Assembly (NCBI RefSeq): GCF_009834535.1
Contig: NC_045697.1
Location: forward strand, 83,082,001-83,146,000
From: Camelus ferus
Lineage: Eukaryota
Direction: 5' to 3'
Length of the DNA: 64,000 nt
A program made the position numbers and the translations under genes. Below the pieces are notes generated by a model. The model saw only the letters and a program-made list of their open reading frames with translations, was not told where the DNA came from and did not search any database. Positions 48,436 through 61,157 of this stretch are shown here, piece after piece. Numbering within the stretch: position 1 is the stretch's first letter; each line of letters opens with the position of its first letter.

Positions 48436-51400
48436 GTTGCAGTTCAATAAATATGGAGAGAAAAGAGAACATATGCTGGATTAAAACAGATAACTTATCA
48501 AAGCAACATTAAAATGAAACTCAAGTCATGTCATCCAAGTTGCTTGATCCTTTTTCGAAAAATTACATTTACAAATGAAAGAAAATAATTTTTTAAGAGT
48601 TTAACTTAATATGAGGTTTGGACTCCATCAAAGTACGTTACAGAAACTTATTTTGTAAATTATTTTGTGAAAGTAAAAATTTTGCTTTACTAGCTATTCA
48701 AGGTATTTGTCCTTAGCAAGCATTATTATGTACATGCATAGAGATGATTAATCACAAAGTTGGAAAAGGTATCAGATTGCACATTCCTACTGCTTGAATT
48801 TTAAAGATCTTATTCTGATTTATGCTTTCTAGTATTTACAAAATATCACTCCTTAAATAAATACATGACTGGTGCTAAAAGCTCCAGCCACACCAAAAAC
48901 AAGTACCATGTTTTTGAGGTATCATTTGTGATTTTACCTACCAACTCTCTTAGAGAGGGTTCTTACAAATAAATGCTCTAAGAAGCCAAAGTCAGACTGA
49001 AGCAGAGACTTTCCTCATCTTATCTTCCTTTCAAAGCTCTCATTATAATAGTAACTGTATGTCTTTTGTTGCATGATGTGAATTCAGTTCTCTTGAGTTT
49101 ATATCCACATATAACATTTCTGTTTCATAGGGTGTACATACATACAGACTTGGAAGGTAAAAGTGAATTATTTCCAAGAGGTTGTACCATTTTATTCACC
49201 CATCAGCAAAGTATGAGAGTTGCTCAAGATTGCCAATTTGATATTATCATCTGTCTAACCATACTGCCACAGCTCTGAAACATTAGGAAGGGATTTTGCC
49301 TAAGCTTCTATTTGCTTTTTATAATAAACATGTGAAAAGGGTGTTATGTGAAAAAAAAAAACTCTTCAATATCGGGAACCAAAAAAAAAAAAAAAAAAAG
49401 ATTCAGTAAATAATAGCTGTAATTATAACAGGATTTTGGATAAAAAGAGCTAAAATATCATCCTCCAAATCGTATTCCTAACCAGTGATGGATTTTTATA
49501 GTGTTTATAGTGTTAATATATTAATTTACATTCTCTTCAGTGTCATAATGAAGAGGCTATGATAACCTTTTAATTTGGAAAAACAGATATGCATTTTTAA
49601 GGTAAGACCTCATCTAGCCCCAGTGAGAATTACTCACATAAAAGGCATCTCTCTAACAGCAATAAAGTCATTACCCCTAATGTCTTACACTGGAAATATC
49701 ACAGTGGAGCATGTGCCTTTGGAGGGGGCATTTTGGGTCTAGAAATATTTTACAGTGGTGTGTCAGAGAAGCTTTTTTGTTGGAAAAACAAAGGACTGTG
49801 AGTGTGGAGACAATATTGCTGAGCAGATGGAATTCCGGTTAGGTTGGGAAACAAGTTACAGTGGATTTGTAAGTACTCCTCAAAAAACGTCGTTTCTCCC
49901 ACCTGCAGATATTTTCCGGAAATGGAAGCATTGTTTACTTCAAACATTTCACTCTGAACAGTCAAGCAAAGAACCTATGAGAAGTGTGTCCATAGAGGAA
50001 AACTGATGCTGCTATTTTTTTCCCATTACATTTTTTAAAATTACAAATCCATCTTACAAAAAAACATTAATTTTCCAAACTATTAAATTGAGATTTTTCT
50101 CTATCATTTCACTGTTGGTTTCACCATTTAATTCCTATAAGCAAGTCCTTTTCAGGCTCTTTTCAGCCCCTGGCAGCTATGAGTAGTCAAATAACACAGA
50201 ATCAGAGCATAAGAAATACGCTCCTGGGTCGAGGCACTTGCTGCTTCCATCTTTCTGGCAGCTAGCATTATTTGCTTTCAGGCTGCTGAATAGTGTCTAA
50301 TCGTTTCAGTTAATCTTTTCATTGTACAATCTGTTAAATCCACTAAAGCATCAACTCCCAATTTAAGGGGATACTTGATTAATTGAGATGACAACAGAAT
50401 GTCATATGTGGTTAAAGCTTCATTTAAAATTAAGGATGAAGAGAGCTAGTCTAAGTTCACAGCGGTGATCTGAACATCTTCCTTCCAGCCTAGAAGTGTC
50501 CAGGGTCCATGTTAAAGAATGATTTGTGATTCAGGCACAAAATCTACCATAAGCCAAGGACAACTAAATTTCCCAAACGAAAATTTAAAACACACTATTT
50601 CAACACTGCCAGTATCATTCATAACAGTGAACAGAAACTCACTGCTTGAAGAAAATCTGAGAAAGCACAGAACATTTCCTAGTGCCAGCCTGGGTTTCAC
50701 CTTGATCATCACACACCGCAAAGTATTTATATCCCGAGATAGATGATTAGTTTATTTTTTCGCTTAATTCATAAATGAACTGCCTGCCTTCCTCAATCCT
50801 CAACACAATAAAATCAGCAAATGCAAAGCTCTTACTGTTGTTAATAGGAATATAAAAACAAAATTTAGAAAATATGCCAATGTCTCTTAAAGACCTGTTT
50901 CTATGTTATAGGAGCAGAAATCCAGCATAAGAAACTAATAATATGAATTTGAATAATGGTTAACAAATAAAGTAAGAGACAATCTTCTGCTCTGCTATTC
51001 TCAGCTGTGAGATCTTGAGAAGTCTTCAAAACATTCTAAGCCTTGATTTCCACATCACTGAAATGATATCCATTTAATTTGTGTCAGTGTTGCTTTTAAA
51101 ATTTAGTAAGTTTTAAAAAAATTCAGTCACATATAAAATATAACTATATATGCTTCTCTTAAATGTAAATGGCAGTGTGTATTACACACACACTCACATA
51201 TATCTTTCACATATTTGAATCATTATACAAATTTTAATATAGAGACTTTCCATCACCATGAGGTAATTCAAATATGTTTTCTAGTTTAAGCAAGTTTTTA
51301 ATAACAAGCCATTGCAGCCATAATATGCACAATACTCCCATTACATAGATAAAATGCATTACATACATATGGACTTCAATATATATCAATTATCCTCTGA

Positions 51401-53389
51401 ATAAAACATTTATTTTAAGCATTATTGAATTCACTGTAATTTTTCTAATTTTTAAGGGCATGTAAAAATACTTTATTTCCCCTCAAAAGCAATTCTAAAG
51501 AGAATTCCTTCTATTTGGAAAAAAAGAGGGAGGAATTTGAGTAACTTACTGTGAAAAGATAAAATTAAGTTCTTATTAGACAGGTAATGCCCAGTAAGTT
51601 CAAAGCTGAATTTAACATGTATTTCAGCAAAGCACAGAACTCAAACAAACTTTCTAAATAGGTGTGGGTGCTATTTGGCAGCCTTCTCATGGTCAGTGTT
51701 TGTCACTTTTCTTCTTCGTATCTTTGCATCTCTCAAAGTCTTGTGTGTATCACTGCATTCATATTTGTTGAAGTGAATTGATGTAAACTTAAATCTTAAC
51801 AGAAGGCACACTTAATTGCCACCTTTTTCAAAAGTCTTCATATCTCATTATAAATACTAATTCACTGTTCTGACTTGTTTATCATACCCCTGCCAAATCA
51901 AGGACAGGAACCACGATTCTTTTACTCATCAGCACAATACAAGCAACCAGCACAATGAAAAATTGTTATTGATGAATAAATGAACTTACAGTTCACTTTT
52001 AATTGGTTGACATACACCACACAACACTGAACTCCACTCTCTGGGACTAAAAAATTTGTCAATTTTTCATCAGTGTTTCTCAAAACAAGAAAAGAAAAAA
52101 AAACTGGCTCCAAGCACTAGACTTCTCTTTAGGAATTCAGTGTGTGGTATCCTAATATTATTGATTTGCTAAGCTCTTTGAAACTTGAGTGCTTTTATAA
52201 GTAAAAATTGGATCTGATTTCTAAATGTGAAGCTTCAACTAAAATTCTTCATAAACGAAAAAGGCTGTCATTTCTTATGTTACCAGTGAATTTAAGATAC
52301 GATATTCATAGCAATAGCTGTCTTTAGAAGCAAAAGGAAATATTATATTTTACTGCTGTTGAAAAATTCTTTACAAAATCAATCTAAAGACACTTCAAAA
52401 GGAAGAGGTCAGTGGATAATAACCAACATGCTTTCTCTAAATTTGTTAGCATTAGGGGAAAAAATAGGAACTGTAGGAAAGAAAAGGTGAAAAATATGCT
52501 TGGGGAAAATTAGCGAGGTGTAAAAGAACTTTAAATTAAATAAAACAATGCTGTGGAATAGCATTTATGACTGGTTCTCATCAGCCAGGGAAAATACTGC
52601 TCTCGCATGGTGAGGGTGGTGATGAGCGAGCACCTAGAACAATGTTGGGGGTAAGTGAGCATTTGAGGGTCTTCTCTTTCCTCAGTAGATCAATCCCACC
52701 TGCTCTGCTTGTCAAACATTTCCCCCCACTGTGGCCAAACTCATTCCAGCTTCCCTGAGAGGAAGCTTATGTAAACTTGTCTCCTCACCTACCATGAGCC
52801 AATCTAATTCCTAGAGCTTGTGTGTCTTTTTCAGGTCACCTCATGGTCTTGCTTTACTACAATTAAGTTTTAGGGTCTGGAAGTATTCTACCAGATTGGA
52901 TAAACTCAAATGGCATATCTGATTCATGACACCTACGTACAATTCTCCAAGCAGTGAGGCTGATTCTGGTCAGTTTTACATAACGCTAGTGGCTTATGCA
53001 TCTCACATTGCCAGAAGCAGTTAACAATTATATGTGTATCTATGCATATGCACACATATACATACGCTATTTCTAACTAAGATTTATATAGTTGTGCAAA
53101 ATATTCATTTTTTGTTCCCATGCATAATATTCACTCACTCAATAAGTATTTAGTGAATTTCTATTATGTTCAAGACATTGTTTTAGGCACTAGAGTTTCA
53201 GGAGCAAAATTTTTTTTTAAGTTTCAGACCTTGAATAGATAGGAACAACAAAATTAACCATTATAAATCAAAATAGTAAACATATATTACCAATATATAT
53301 GTAGATTTATTTTAAGTAAATGTGCTAAGAAATTCATAGATATCTCAAGGCAAATATGCCTCAGAATAAGACTGATTTTTAACACTATA

Positions 53390-53488
53390 CATAGGTAGGT
53401 AGGTAGGTAGATAGATAGACATCTTCATAATACTGAATGTTGACCAACTCCTTTATTTATATATATATTTCCCATATATATATATATA

Positions 53489-53519
<31 letters not shown>

Positions 53520-53520
53520 T
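53390..53520. repeat. Compound microsatellite (TAGG)n(TAGA)n ... (TA)n(CA)n
   Basis: Directly visible. Confidence 0.9.
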
Positions 53521-54920
53521 GTATAGGTTACTCTTATTTTTTTTCTCACACTCTGATTATTGAAGAATATTAGAATAAAAATGACACTCAGTCATTGAGC
53601 TTGTTTACTTGTATTTGCATTATTAGTCTTTTTTCCCAGTCTACAATTTATTTTCAGAAAAGTTTATGCCATTTGTCTATTTCCTGATGGGTAACAAAGA
53701 TAAAACAAAGATCTGAAATATGCGCTAAATTTGGCACAGATAAATTGCAACATGTCGAAATGCTCTGAAGACAAAAGGGACAGGCAAGCCATAAACAATA
53801 ACAGACCTTCCACTGCTGGGTCACTGACAGTAAAAGCCACTGTACAGGTGTGACCAATCTGACAAAGAGCTGTGTCAGGGCATGTGGTGGACCATGAATT
53901 TAAAATTGTTTTAGGTCTTTTGTCTTTTGGGGAAAATGAATACTTTTATTAAGATGGTAATTTTCTTTTTACACATGGTAGTGTTTTGACCTCAAATACC
54001 TGTCAGTCTGCAACTCAGATGAGCTTACAGGTGGACTATTCATGAACTGTGAAGGTAACTATTTCCCGCCTAGGTCAGGGTCATACCTCTTTCCTTACTC
54101 TTACCAGAAAAATAAGTCTGAACAACAGCTCAGTTGTCTCTTTCTGTGCCCCGCTGAGGCATTACTCCACATTAGAGATCACTGCCCCAGAGTAGGCAAT
54201 ATTTATGGTTTTATCATTTCTAGTAGCTTAGTTCCCTTGACATAATCTCCGTATTTATAGACCTACAATGGAGATAACCACCAGTGGAAGATGCAGGGTA
54301 CCGCTAGATCAGGCGGCCCATTTTCACTGCTGATACCTGAAATCTTCAGAATTGATATGATAAACTTTCTCTAAAAAATATTCTATATTTAAATAATTAT
54401 ATAAAGTGAGTAAAATTATACTAGTTAAAAATACAGTTGAAAAATGAACCAATACCTGGTTCCAGATCTACCCCTAGTAATTTGAACTTAGATTATTTAA
54501 CCATTCTATGGCAAAAGATCATGGGTCTGCTAAATTATTAAATTTAAACACTTAATTTCTAATTTATCCCCATCTTCCATAGTTTAAGACAGATAAATAA
54601 GCAAAAATAATTTTAATATAACCTTTTGACTTATTTTCTGAAATGCATCAGCTCTAGGAAATTTTAGAAATTTAAATGTGAATATTGTATATACAATCAT
54701 GTTTCCAAAATATATAAATAACATACAAATAAATAAAAATCGTATCAATGCCTCAAATCACTTTTAATCACTCAAGTCAGTTAAGGTAATTTATATTGAA
54801 TAAAAGCTGTTTTATATATACAATAATATACTATATATACAATAATATAATCATGCATAATTATTTACAATTGTCCCCTTCACTTACAGTTTGAAAAATA
54901 TCCATTTAAAATAAGACACT

Positions 54921-56851
54921 GGGAAGAGCCTAGCCAAAATAAGAAGACCCTGAGCTCATCCACTTAGGGGAGACACCAAAATTACAACTATTCACAGAGC
55001 AACTAGTGATGAGAAAAATCAGAATCTAGTGGAGAAGATCTCCCTCAACTAAAGATATAAAGAGACCACAATGAGACAGGCAGGAGGGGCAGAGTCATAA
55101 TATAGTCAAGACACATACCCCGGGTGGGTGACCCACAAAGGGAAGGATAACCCCAATTATAGAGGTTCTCTCCAAGGAGCAATGGGTCTGACTCCCACAT
55201 CAGGGTGCCTAGTCTGGGATCCAGCATTGGGAAGATAAGCTTCTAGAATGCTTGGCTTTGAAAGCTGGAGGGGCTTACTTTCAGGAGACACAGAGGGTTG
55301 GGGAAAACAGAGACACCACTCTTAAAGGGTGCACACAAAATCTCACACAGTATGAGCTCCAAGGTAGAAGCAATAATCTGAAAGGAGCCTGGGTCAGACC
55401 CACATGCTGATCTTGGAGAGGCCCCCAGAAAGGCAAGAGACAAATGGAGCTCTCCCTGGGCAAACAGACATTGGTGACAGCCATCTGGGGGAGCTGGTCC
55501 TACCACGTGGACACTGGTGTTGGCAAGAATCACTTTGGAAACCTTCATCTAGCTTATTAACACTGGGATCTGTCCCAACCTACCAGCCTGTCGGCACTAG
55601 TACTAGAATACCTCACACCAAGAAACTAGCTGGGAGGGGACACAGCCCCACTCACTGGCAGACAGGCTGCCTTCAGACCTCCTGAGCCCACAGCCACCCC
55701 AGGACACAGCTCTGTCCACCAAAGAGCCCAGGACCCACCCCCATTCATCACTGAATAGGCACTAATCCCAGGACTCCTAGTCCTGCAGCCAGAGACCCTG
55801 GGAATCAGGTCTGCCCACCCATAAGCCAGAAGTAGTCCCCGAAAGCCTTGGGCCTTGGCCCACACACCAGCTTAGGCAGACACTAGCTAGGAACCCCTGA
55901 GCCCATGGTCAGAGAGCCCAGGACATGGCTCTGCCTGCCAGTGGGTCAGCAGTAGCCTCAGGACCTGGCTTCACCCATGACAGGGAAGACACCGGCCCAG
56001 GTGACCAAATGATACCAAAAGAAGACAAAGACATTTAAAACAAGAAAATTACAGGCCAAAAGGAAACCATACAAAGAAAAAGAAAAAGAAAAAGAGAAAG
56101 AGAAAGAGAAAGAGAAAGAAAATCAACCTACTGAATGAGAGACAATATTTGAAAATGATAACAATATCCAAAATACAAGCAGCTTATAAAACTCAGTATC
56201 AAAAACAAACAACCTGATTAAAAATGAGCAAAAGCCTGAATAGACATTTCTTCAAAGACTTACAGATGGCCAAGGGACACATGAAAAGATGCTCACATTG
56301 CTAATCATTAGAGAAATGCAAATCAAACTCACAATGAGATATCAACTCACCTGTCAGAATGGCTATCGTCAAATAGAACACAACAAATGTTGGCAATGAT
56401 GTGGAGAAAAGGGAACTCTCGTACACCATTAGTGGTGCAGCCACTATGGAAAATAGTATAGAGGTCCCTCAGAATACTAAAATTAGAACTACTAAGTGAT
56501 CCAGCAATTCTACTGCTGGGTATGTATCTAAAGAAAACCAAAACACTAATCGAAAAGATACATGCACCTCCATGTTCATAGCAGCATTGTTTACAATTGC
56601 CAAGACTGGAAGCAACCTCAGTGTCCACTGACAGACGAGTGGATAAAGATGTCATATGTGTATACGATGAAATACTCCTCAGCCATAAAAAAAGAATGAA
56701 ATCTTGCCATTTGCAACAACATGGAGGGAGCTACAGAGTATCATGCTTAGGTAAGTCAGTCAGACAAAGACAAAATACTTTGTTCTCACTTATATCTGGA
56801 CTCAATAAAATAAATCAAAAGAAAATAGCAAACATAAAATAATAATAGTAA
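54921..56851 (+). mobile_element. Internally deleted L1 (5'UTR fused to ORF2 end and 3'UTR), TSD-flanked
   Basis: 5'UTR text 54921-~56000, ~50 bp of mid-ORF2 (56009-56058), then late ORF2/3'UTR and an A-rich tail. Flanks are taaaataagacact (54907-54920) and taaaatgagacatt (56852-56865). Confidence 0.85.
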
Positions 56852-57349
56852 TAAAATGAGACATTTTGTTCCCATCTGTACTAATCAGTTTTCAACAAAG
56901 ATAAACATAGGCATTTTCCTATTTCTGTACAGATATGATATGTAAGATCTGTACATAGATACATACATATATAAAGATGTATAAAAAATATAAGAAAAAT
57001 ACCATGATTTCAACACTGGTTACTTCTATACGATGTGTTTATGAGTCTATTTTCTCATATCTCCACTCTTTTCTGAACTTTGAAAATTCACAAATGAGTA
57101 CACATTGCTTTGATATCTTGAAAGCAAAGGGGAAAAATAAATTAACCAATATGGGCATACAGTCTAGACAAAAGTAAATAAAGTTTTATCTAAATATAGG
57201 ATATCTTCCTATTTAATTCCAAAACAATTTTACCTCTATTTAAAAGGAGGCAGTGTATCAGATGCTTAGTTTGGTATTGCATAAAATTGGTTTTCAGATG
57301 CAAATACATGAAAAATTATTCTTCTTTCCTCTTCATACCATTCCAGGCA

Positions 57350-57525
57350 TGTGAAGCAAAGGTTTAAAATATAAATGCTCTGTGGCTAGGCCAAATCTGC
57401 GTTAACACAAAAGAGCATTGTGGGGACTCTAGAAAACTGGAGAATGTATGACCTTCCTAAATACCTTTTTTTAATTGTCAGCACTCTGCTAACTGAAGGA
57501 AACATGTCCATCGGCAAAATTTAGA
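57350..57525. mobile_element. MER102-like hAT-Charlie fossil
   Basis: aaatgctctgtggctaggcc...aaactggagaatgtatgacc...ctaaa...aaacatgtcc. Confidence 0.4.
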
Positions 57526-59534
57526 ATAGGATAACATTTTTAATAAGTAAACTATGTTTTCTTGACAAAAGATAATAAAAATGCAAACTGCAGGTATATT
57601 TTACCATTATGTTGCAAAATTAGCCAAAAAAAAAAGTAAATGGCAGAGTATATACAAATGTACTAAGTTGCCAAAAGCAGGGACGTCACATATGCATGCA
57701 TTTATGGCAGATACAGACACTATCTGCATAAACTTTAATTGTAGGAGTGTTAAGTGAGTTAAGAATATAAAGTAAGAGTAATCATTTGCTCAAGTTTGAT
57801 AAAGATGCTTTCTAGAATTATGTAAACATTGAAACCAAACCAGATTTTATTTTATTTTTTTAGCCCCACTTGGCTGCTGGCATTGAGTTCGTTCAATGTG
57901 TTACGGGCTCACCAACCAACACTGACCAAGATAAGAAACCTATCCAGTGGTTGCTACCTGTACATTTCTAAGCTTGTTTTTGAAATTTGGGCATCCTTCC
58001 CAGCAATCTGTCAGCTTGATCCAGTTACCCATAGAGAACCACATAACATTATCCACTGAGTCTGGCTAGTAGGATGCCGGACTACTTGGCTATTTCCCTG
58101 GCATTCCACTCGGTCCTTCCCAGACTTGACTTTGCAGACTGGAGCCTCTTCCCCACACACCTAAGTTCTGGCTACTGTTCTGCTCCCAGAGGCCTGGCCA
58201 CCTGGAGCCATGAGGTATTTACCTTGACTGATTCTATACAGTGAGCACTTTATATTCTCATACAGCTGAATTCCATCCAATGCATTGAATCTGTTTCATC
58301 GACATTGGCTCACATCAAACCTGAATATGTCAGATCTATCAGGACACTAAATATTTTACTCTTAGCTATTCTCTTAGGTGAGTATTCTTTAAACACAGTC
58401 CCAGATAATTCTGGCTTCCAATACTCCTCCCTTTATTTCACATTTACATATCACCAATAATCCAGAATTCTTTAGTGATATGGCCTTTTGAACTGTGCCA
58501 TTAGATTTTTGTAGAAGAAAAATGAATAGAATTCATCTAACACTAATTATTGTCTCCATATTATAGATTCATTCAAAAGTCACTAGACTCTCATTAATGA
58601 TAAAACTGCTTTTGACCTTATAAGGTTGCCAAGTACTTAGGGAAAGAATGAAAAGAAAAGTTATCCTTATTTCCTGGTTAAAAGAGGTCAATCAAAATGC
58701 TACAGACTAGAAATGACTTATATTTTTTCCTTTGATGCTGGGAGTGAAGAGGAGGAGAAATTATCTGTGAAAACTATTGTATTCTGACTATTATAAACCA
58801 GGAAGGAGAGAAAACAGGCTAAGGGCGGTGCAAATATGCTTTTTAGGTTTATCAAGTAACAGCTGAAATATTCTCAACAGGTACAATATAAACATTATGG
58901 GCGTTGCCATGATCGTGCACATAATAACACACCTTTTATTTCTACTTTTTAAAGTAAGAAAAAGTTTAAAATATCCATAGGAAATATTGAATCTGAACTA
59001 TAGGAGTCACATGATTGCCACAAAAAAAAAATGTTTTAAATGACTTCACTCTACTTCAAAAAATTAGTGAGTAAACCTGAGTCAAAGTTGAATTTCTTTC
59101 AAAATGTATTATCAAATGAAATACAAATTAAGAACCACTCATAAAACCACATTAACATATAAAGTGTTTATTAAATATTGTTTGAATATCTGGCTACTAT
59201 GTGCCAGAGGAATTTCATCTCTGAGAATAGAGCCTATCAGAGGCCAAGCAGACCAGTCCCTGCCTTCACAGAGCTTACATTCTAGGTCTGAAAAAGAACC
59301 TGGTTTGTCTGAAGAGCACTGAGAAGGCCAGGGGTGCGCAGCATACTGAACAAGAGGGAAGGAATGCCAAAATGAATTCAGAGAAAACAGGCAGGTTCCT
59401 AATCAGATGGGGCCTTGAAGATAATAAGTTTAGGTTTCACTGTAAATGAAAAATTAAAAAAAAGATGAAAAGCTTTTAATTATGGAACAAATACTCTGTG
59501 AAAGATAATTCTGTCCAATCAATGAAGAATAGAC

Positions 59535-59782
59535 GATGGGACAATTCTGTCCATGATGAATTTTGCCTGAGCCCTGTGTTCCTGGAAAACAGTGACAGTT
59601 AAGAAATTCCCCTTTTTGATCCACCAATCCCACTCCTGGGCATATACCCAGAGAGAATTCTAACTCAAAAAAATACATGCACTCCAATGTTCATAGCAGT
59701 ACTATTTACAATAGCCAAAATATGGAAAAAAAACTTAATGTCCACTGACAGATGATTGGATAAAGAAGATGTAAGATATACA

Positions 59783-59816
<34 letters not shown>

Positions 59817-60856
59817 AATACTACTCAGCCATAAAAAAGAATAAAATAAAATAATGCCATTTGCTGCAATGTGGATGGACCTGGAGATCATCATTCTAAG
59901 TGAAGTGAGCCCAAAAGAGAAAAAAAAATACCATATGATATCACTTATATGTGGACTCTAAAAAAAGAAAAAAAAAGACATAAATGAACTTATTTACAAA
60001 ACAGAAATACACTCACAGAGAACAAACTTATGGTTACTGGGGGGCAGGTGGGCAGAAGTAGGGGGAGGGATAAATTAGGAGTCCGAGATTTGTAGATACT
60101 AACTACTATATATAAAATAGGTTAACAAGTTTATACTATATAGCGCAGGGAACCATATTCAATATCTTGTACTAAATTATAATGAAAAAGAATATGAAAA
60201 CAAATATATGTATGTATATGTATGACTGAAACTTTATGCTGTACACCAGAAACTGACACAACATTGTAAACTGACTATACTCCAATAAAAAAATAAATAA
60301 AGAAATCCCCATTTTTGTGTTCGTGAAAATGGTTAATACAAAGGAACATCCTTCCCCAGAAGACTTAGGTAAGGCTCACAGATAGCCCACAACATGTTTA
60401 CCTCTGACAAGGCCACACGCAAACCCTCCCAATTCCCTTTCTTTGCCTTATAAATAATTGGCTGAACCTGCTTGCCCCTCTGACCAATCAGAAAGTGCGA
60501 GTCAGTTTTCTCTCCTTCCTCCAGACTCCTGAACTTTGCCGCACCTCTAGCCTGAGCCAGCATACACCCTCTCCTGAAAACAGGCTGGCTTCATGATAAA
60601 ACATTCTCTGATTTACTATGCCATCGAGCCACCCTTCCACTCTCCTTCCCCACCCTCCATTCCTCCTCGTCTTGTCTACTCCTTCTCTCAAGAAGAAAAC
60701 CTTTTCAGCCTAATTGCTTAGCTGCTTGCAGAGCTCACATTCAGAGAGCGCCCCCTATTTGTAAGAGTTGCCCTCCCCCCTTGCCCTTTCCCTCTTCCTG
60801 CATTCATCCTTCATTCAAAGTCTCTCCTCACCTAAGTCCAGATTTGTAATTCGACA
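59535..60856 (+). mobile_element. ERV1-class solo LTR (MER90-like) split by an L1
   Basis: acaattctgtccatgatgaattttgcctgagccctgtgttcctggaaaacag start and aaagtctctcctcacctaagtccagatttgtaattcgaca end. Confidence 0.6.
59619..60299 (+). mobile_element. 5'-truncated L1 3' end with TSD
   Basis: atccaccaatcccactcctgggcatatacc...gacacaacattgtaaactgactatactccaataaaaaaat. Flanks are aagaaattcccctttttg (59601-59618) and aagaaatccccatttttg (60300-60317). Confidence 0.92.
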
Positions 60857-61045
60857 ATGCACCTGGATAGAATCAGAGAGATAACTTAGGTTACTGATGT
60901 CATAAAGATGACATAAGATAACGGATTTTACTTACATAACTTCAAAGAGCAAGGATAATGAAAATATGTACTAAGAAACAATGAAGGAGAAGCATCTTTA
61001 TGAGTCAGAATGAACATCAAGATTATGTCTTGGTCAGTTAATTTT

Positions 61046-61157
61046 GGTTTTTTCTTTTTTCTTTTTTTAATTTTTAATGGAGGTACTGGGGATTGAATCC
61101 AGGACCTTGCACATGCTAAGCATGCACTTACCACTGAGCTACACCCTCATCCCCCCA
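61046..61157 (-). mobile_element. tRNA-Ala-derived SINE (camelid vic-1 type)
   Basis: The reverse complement is gggtgtagctcagtggtaagtgcatgcttagcatgtgcaaggtcctggattcaatccccagtacctcc plus an A tail. TSD gtcagttaatttt (61033-61045) / gtcagttcatttt (61158-61170). Confidence 0.9.

Noticed and set aside
51990..52078. Minus-strand exon candidate (pyrimidine tract-GAG acceptor, ACT/GTAAGT donor)
   Set aside because: Weak GAG acceptor, unrecognised peptide and no partner exons.
58903..58912. RFX X-box-like GTTGCCATGA near a GGGCGG box (possible promoter)
   Set aside because: Only a half site, with no CpG island or downstream exon to support a promoter.
61075..61150. Functional tRNA-Ala gene (also 9891-9970)
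   Set aside because: A-rich tail, TSDs and mismatched stems show a SINE, not a tRNA gene.
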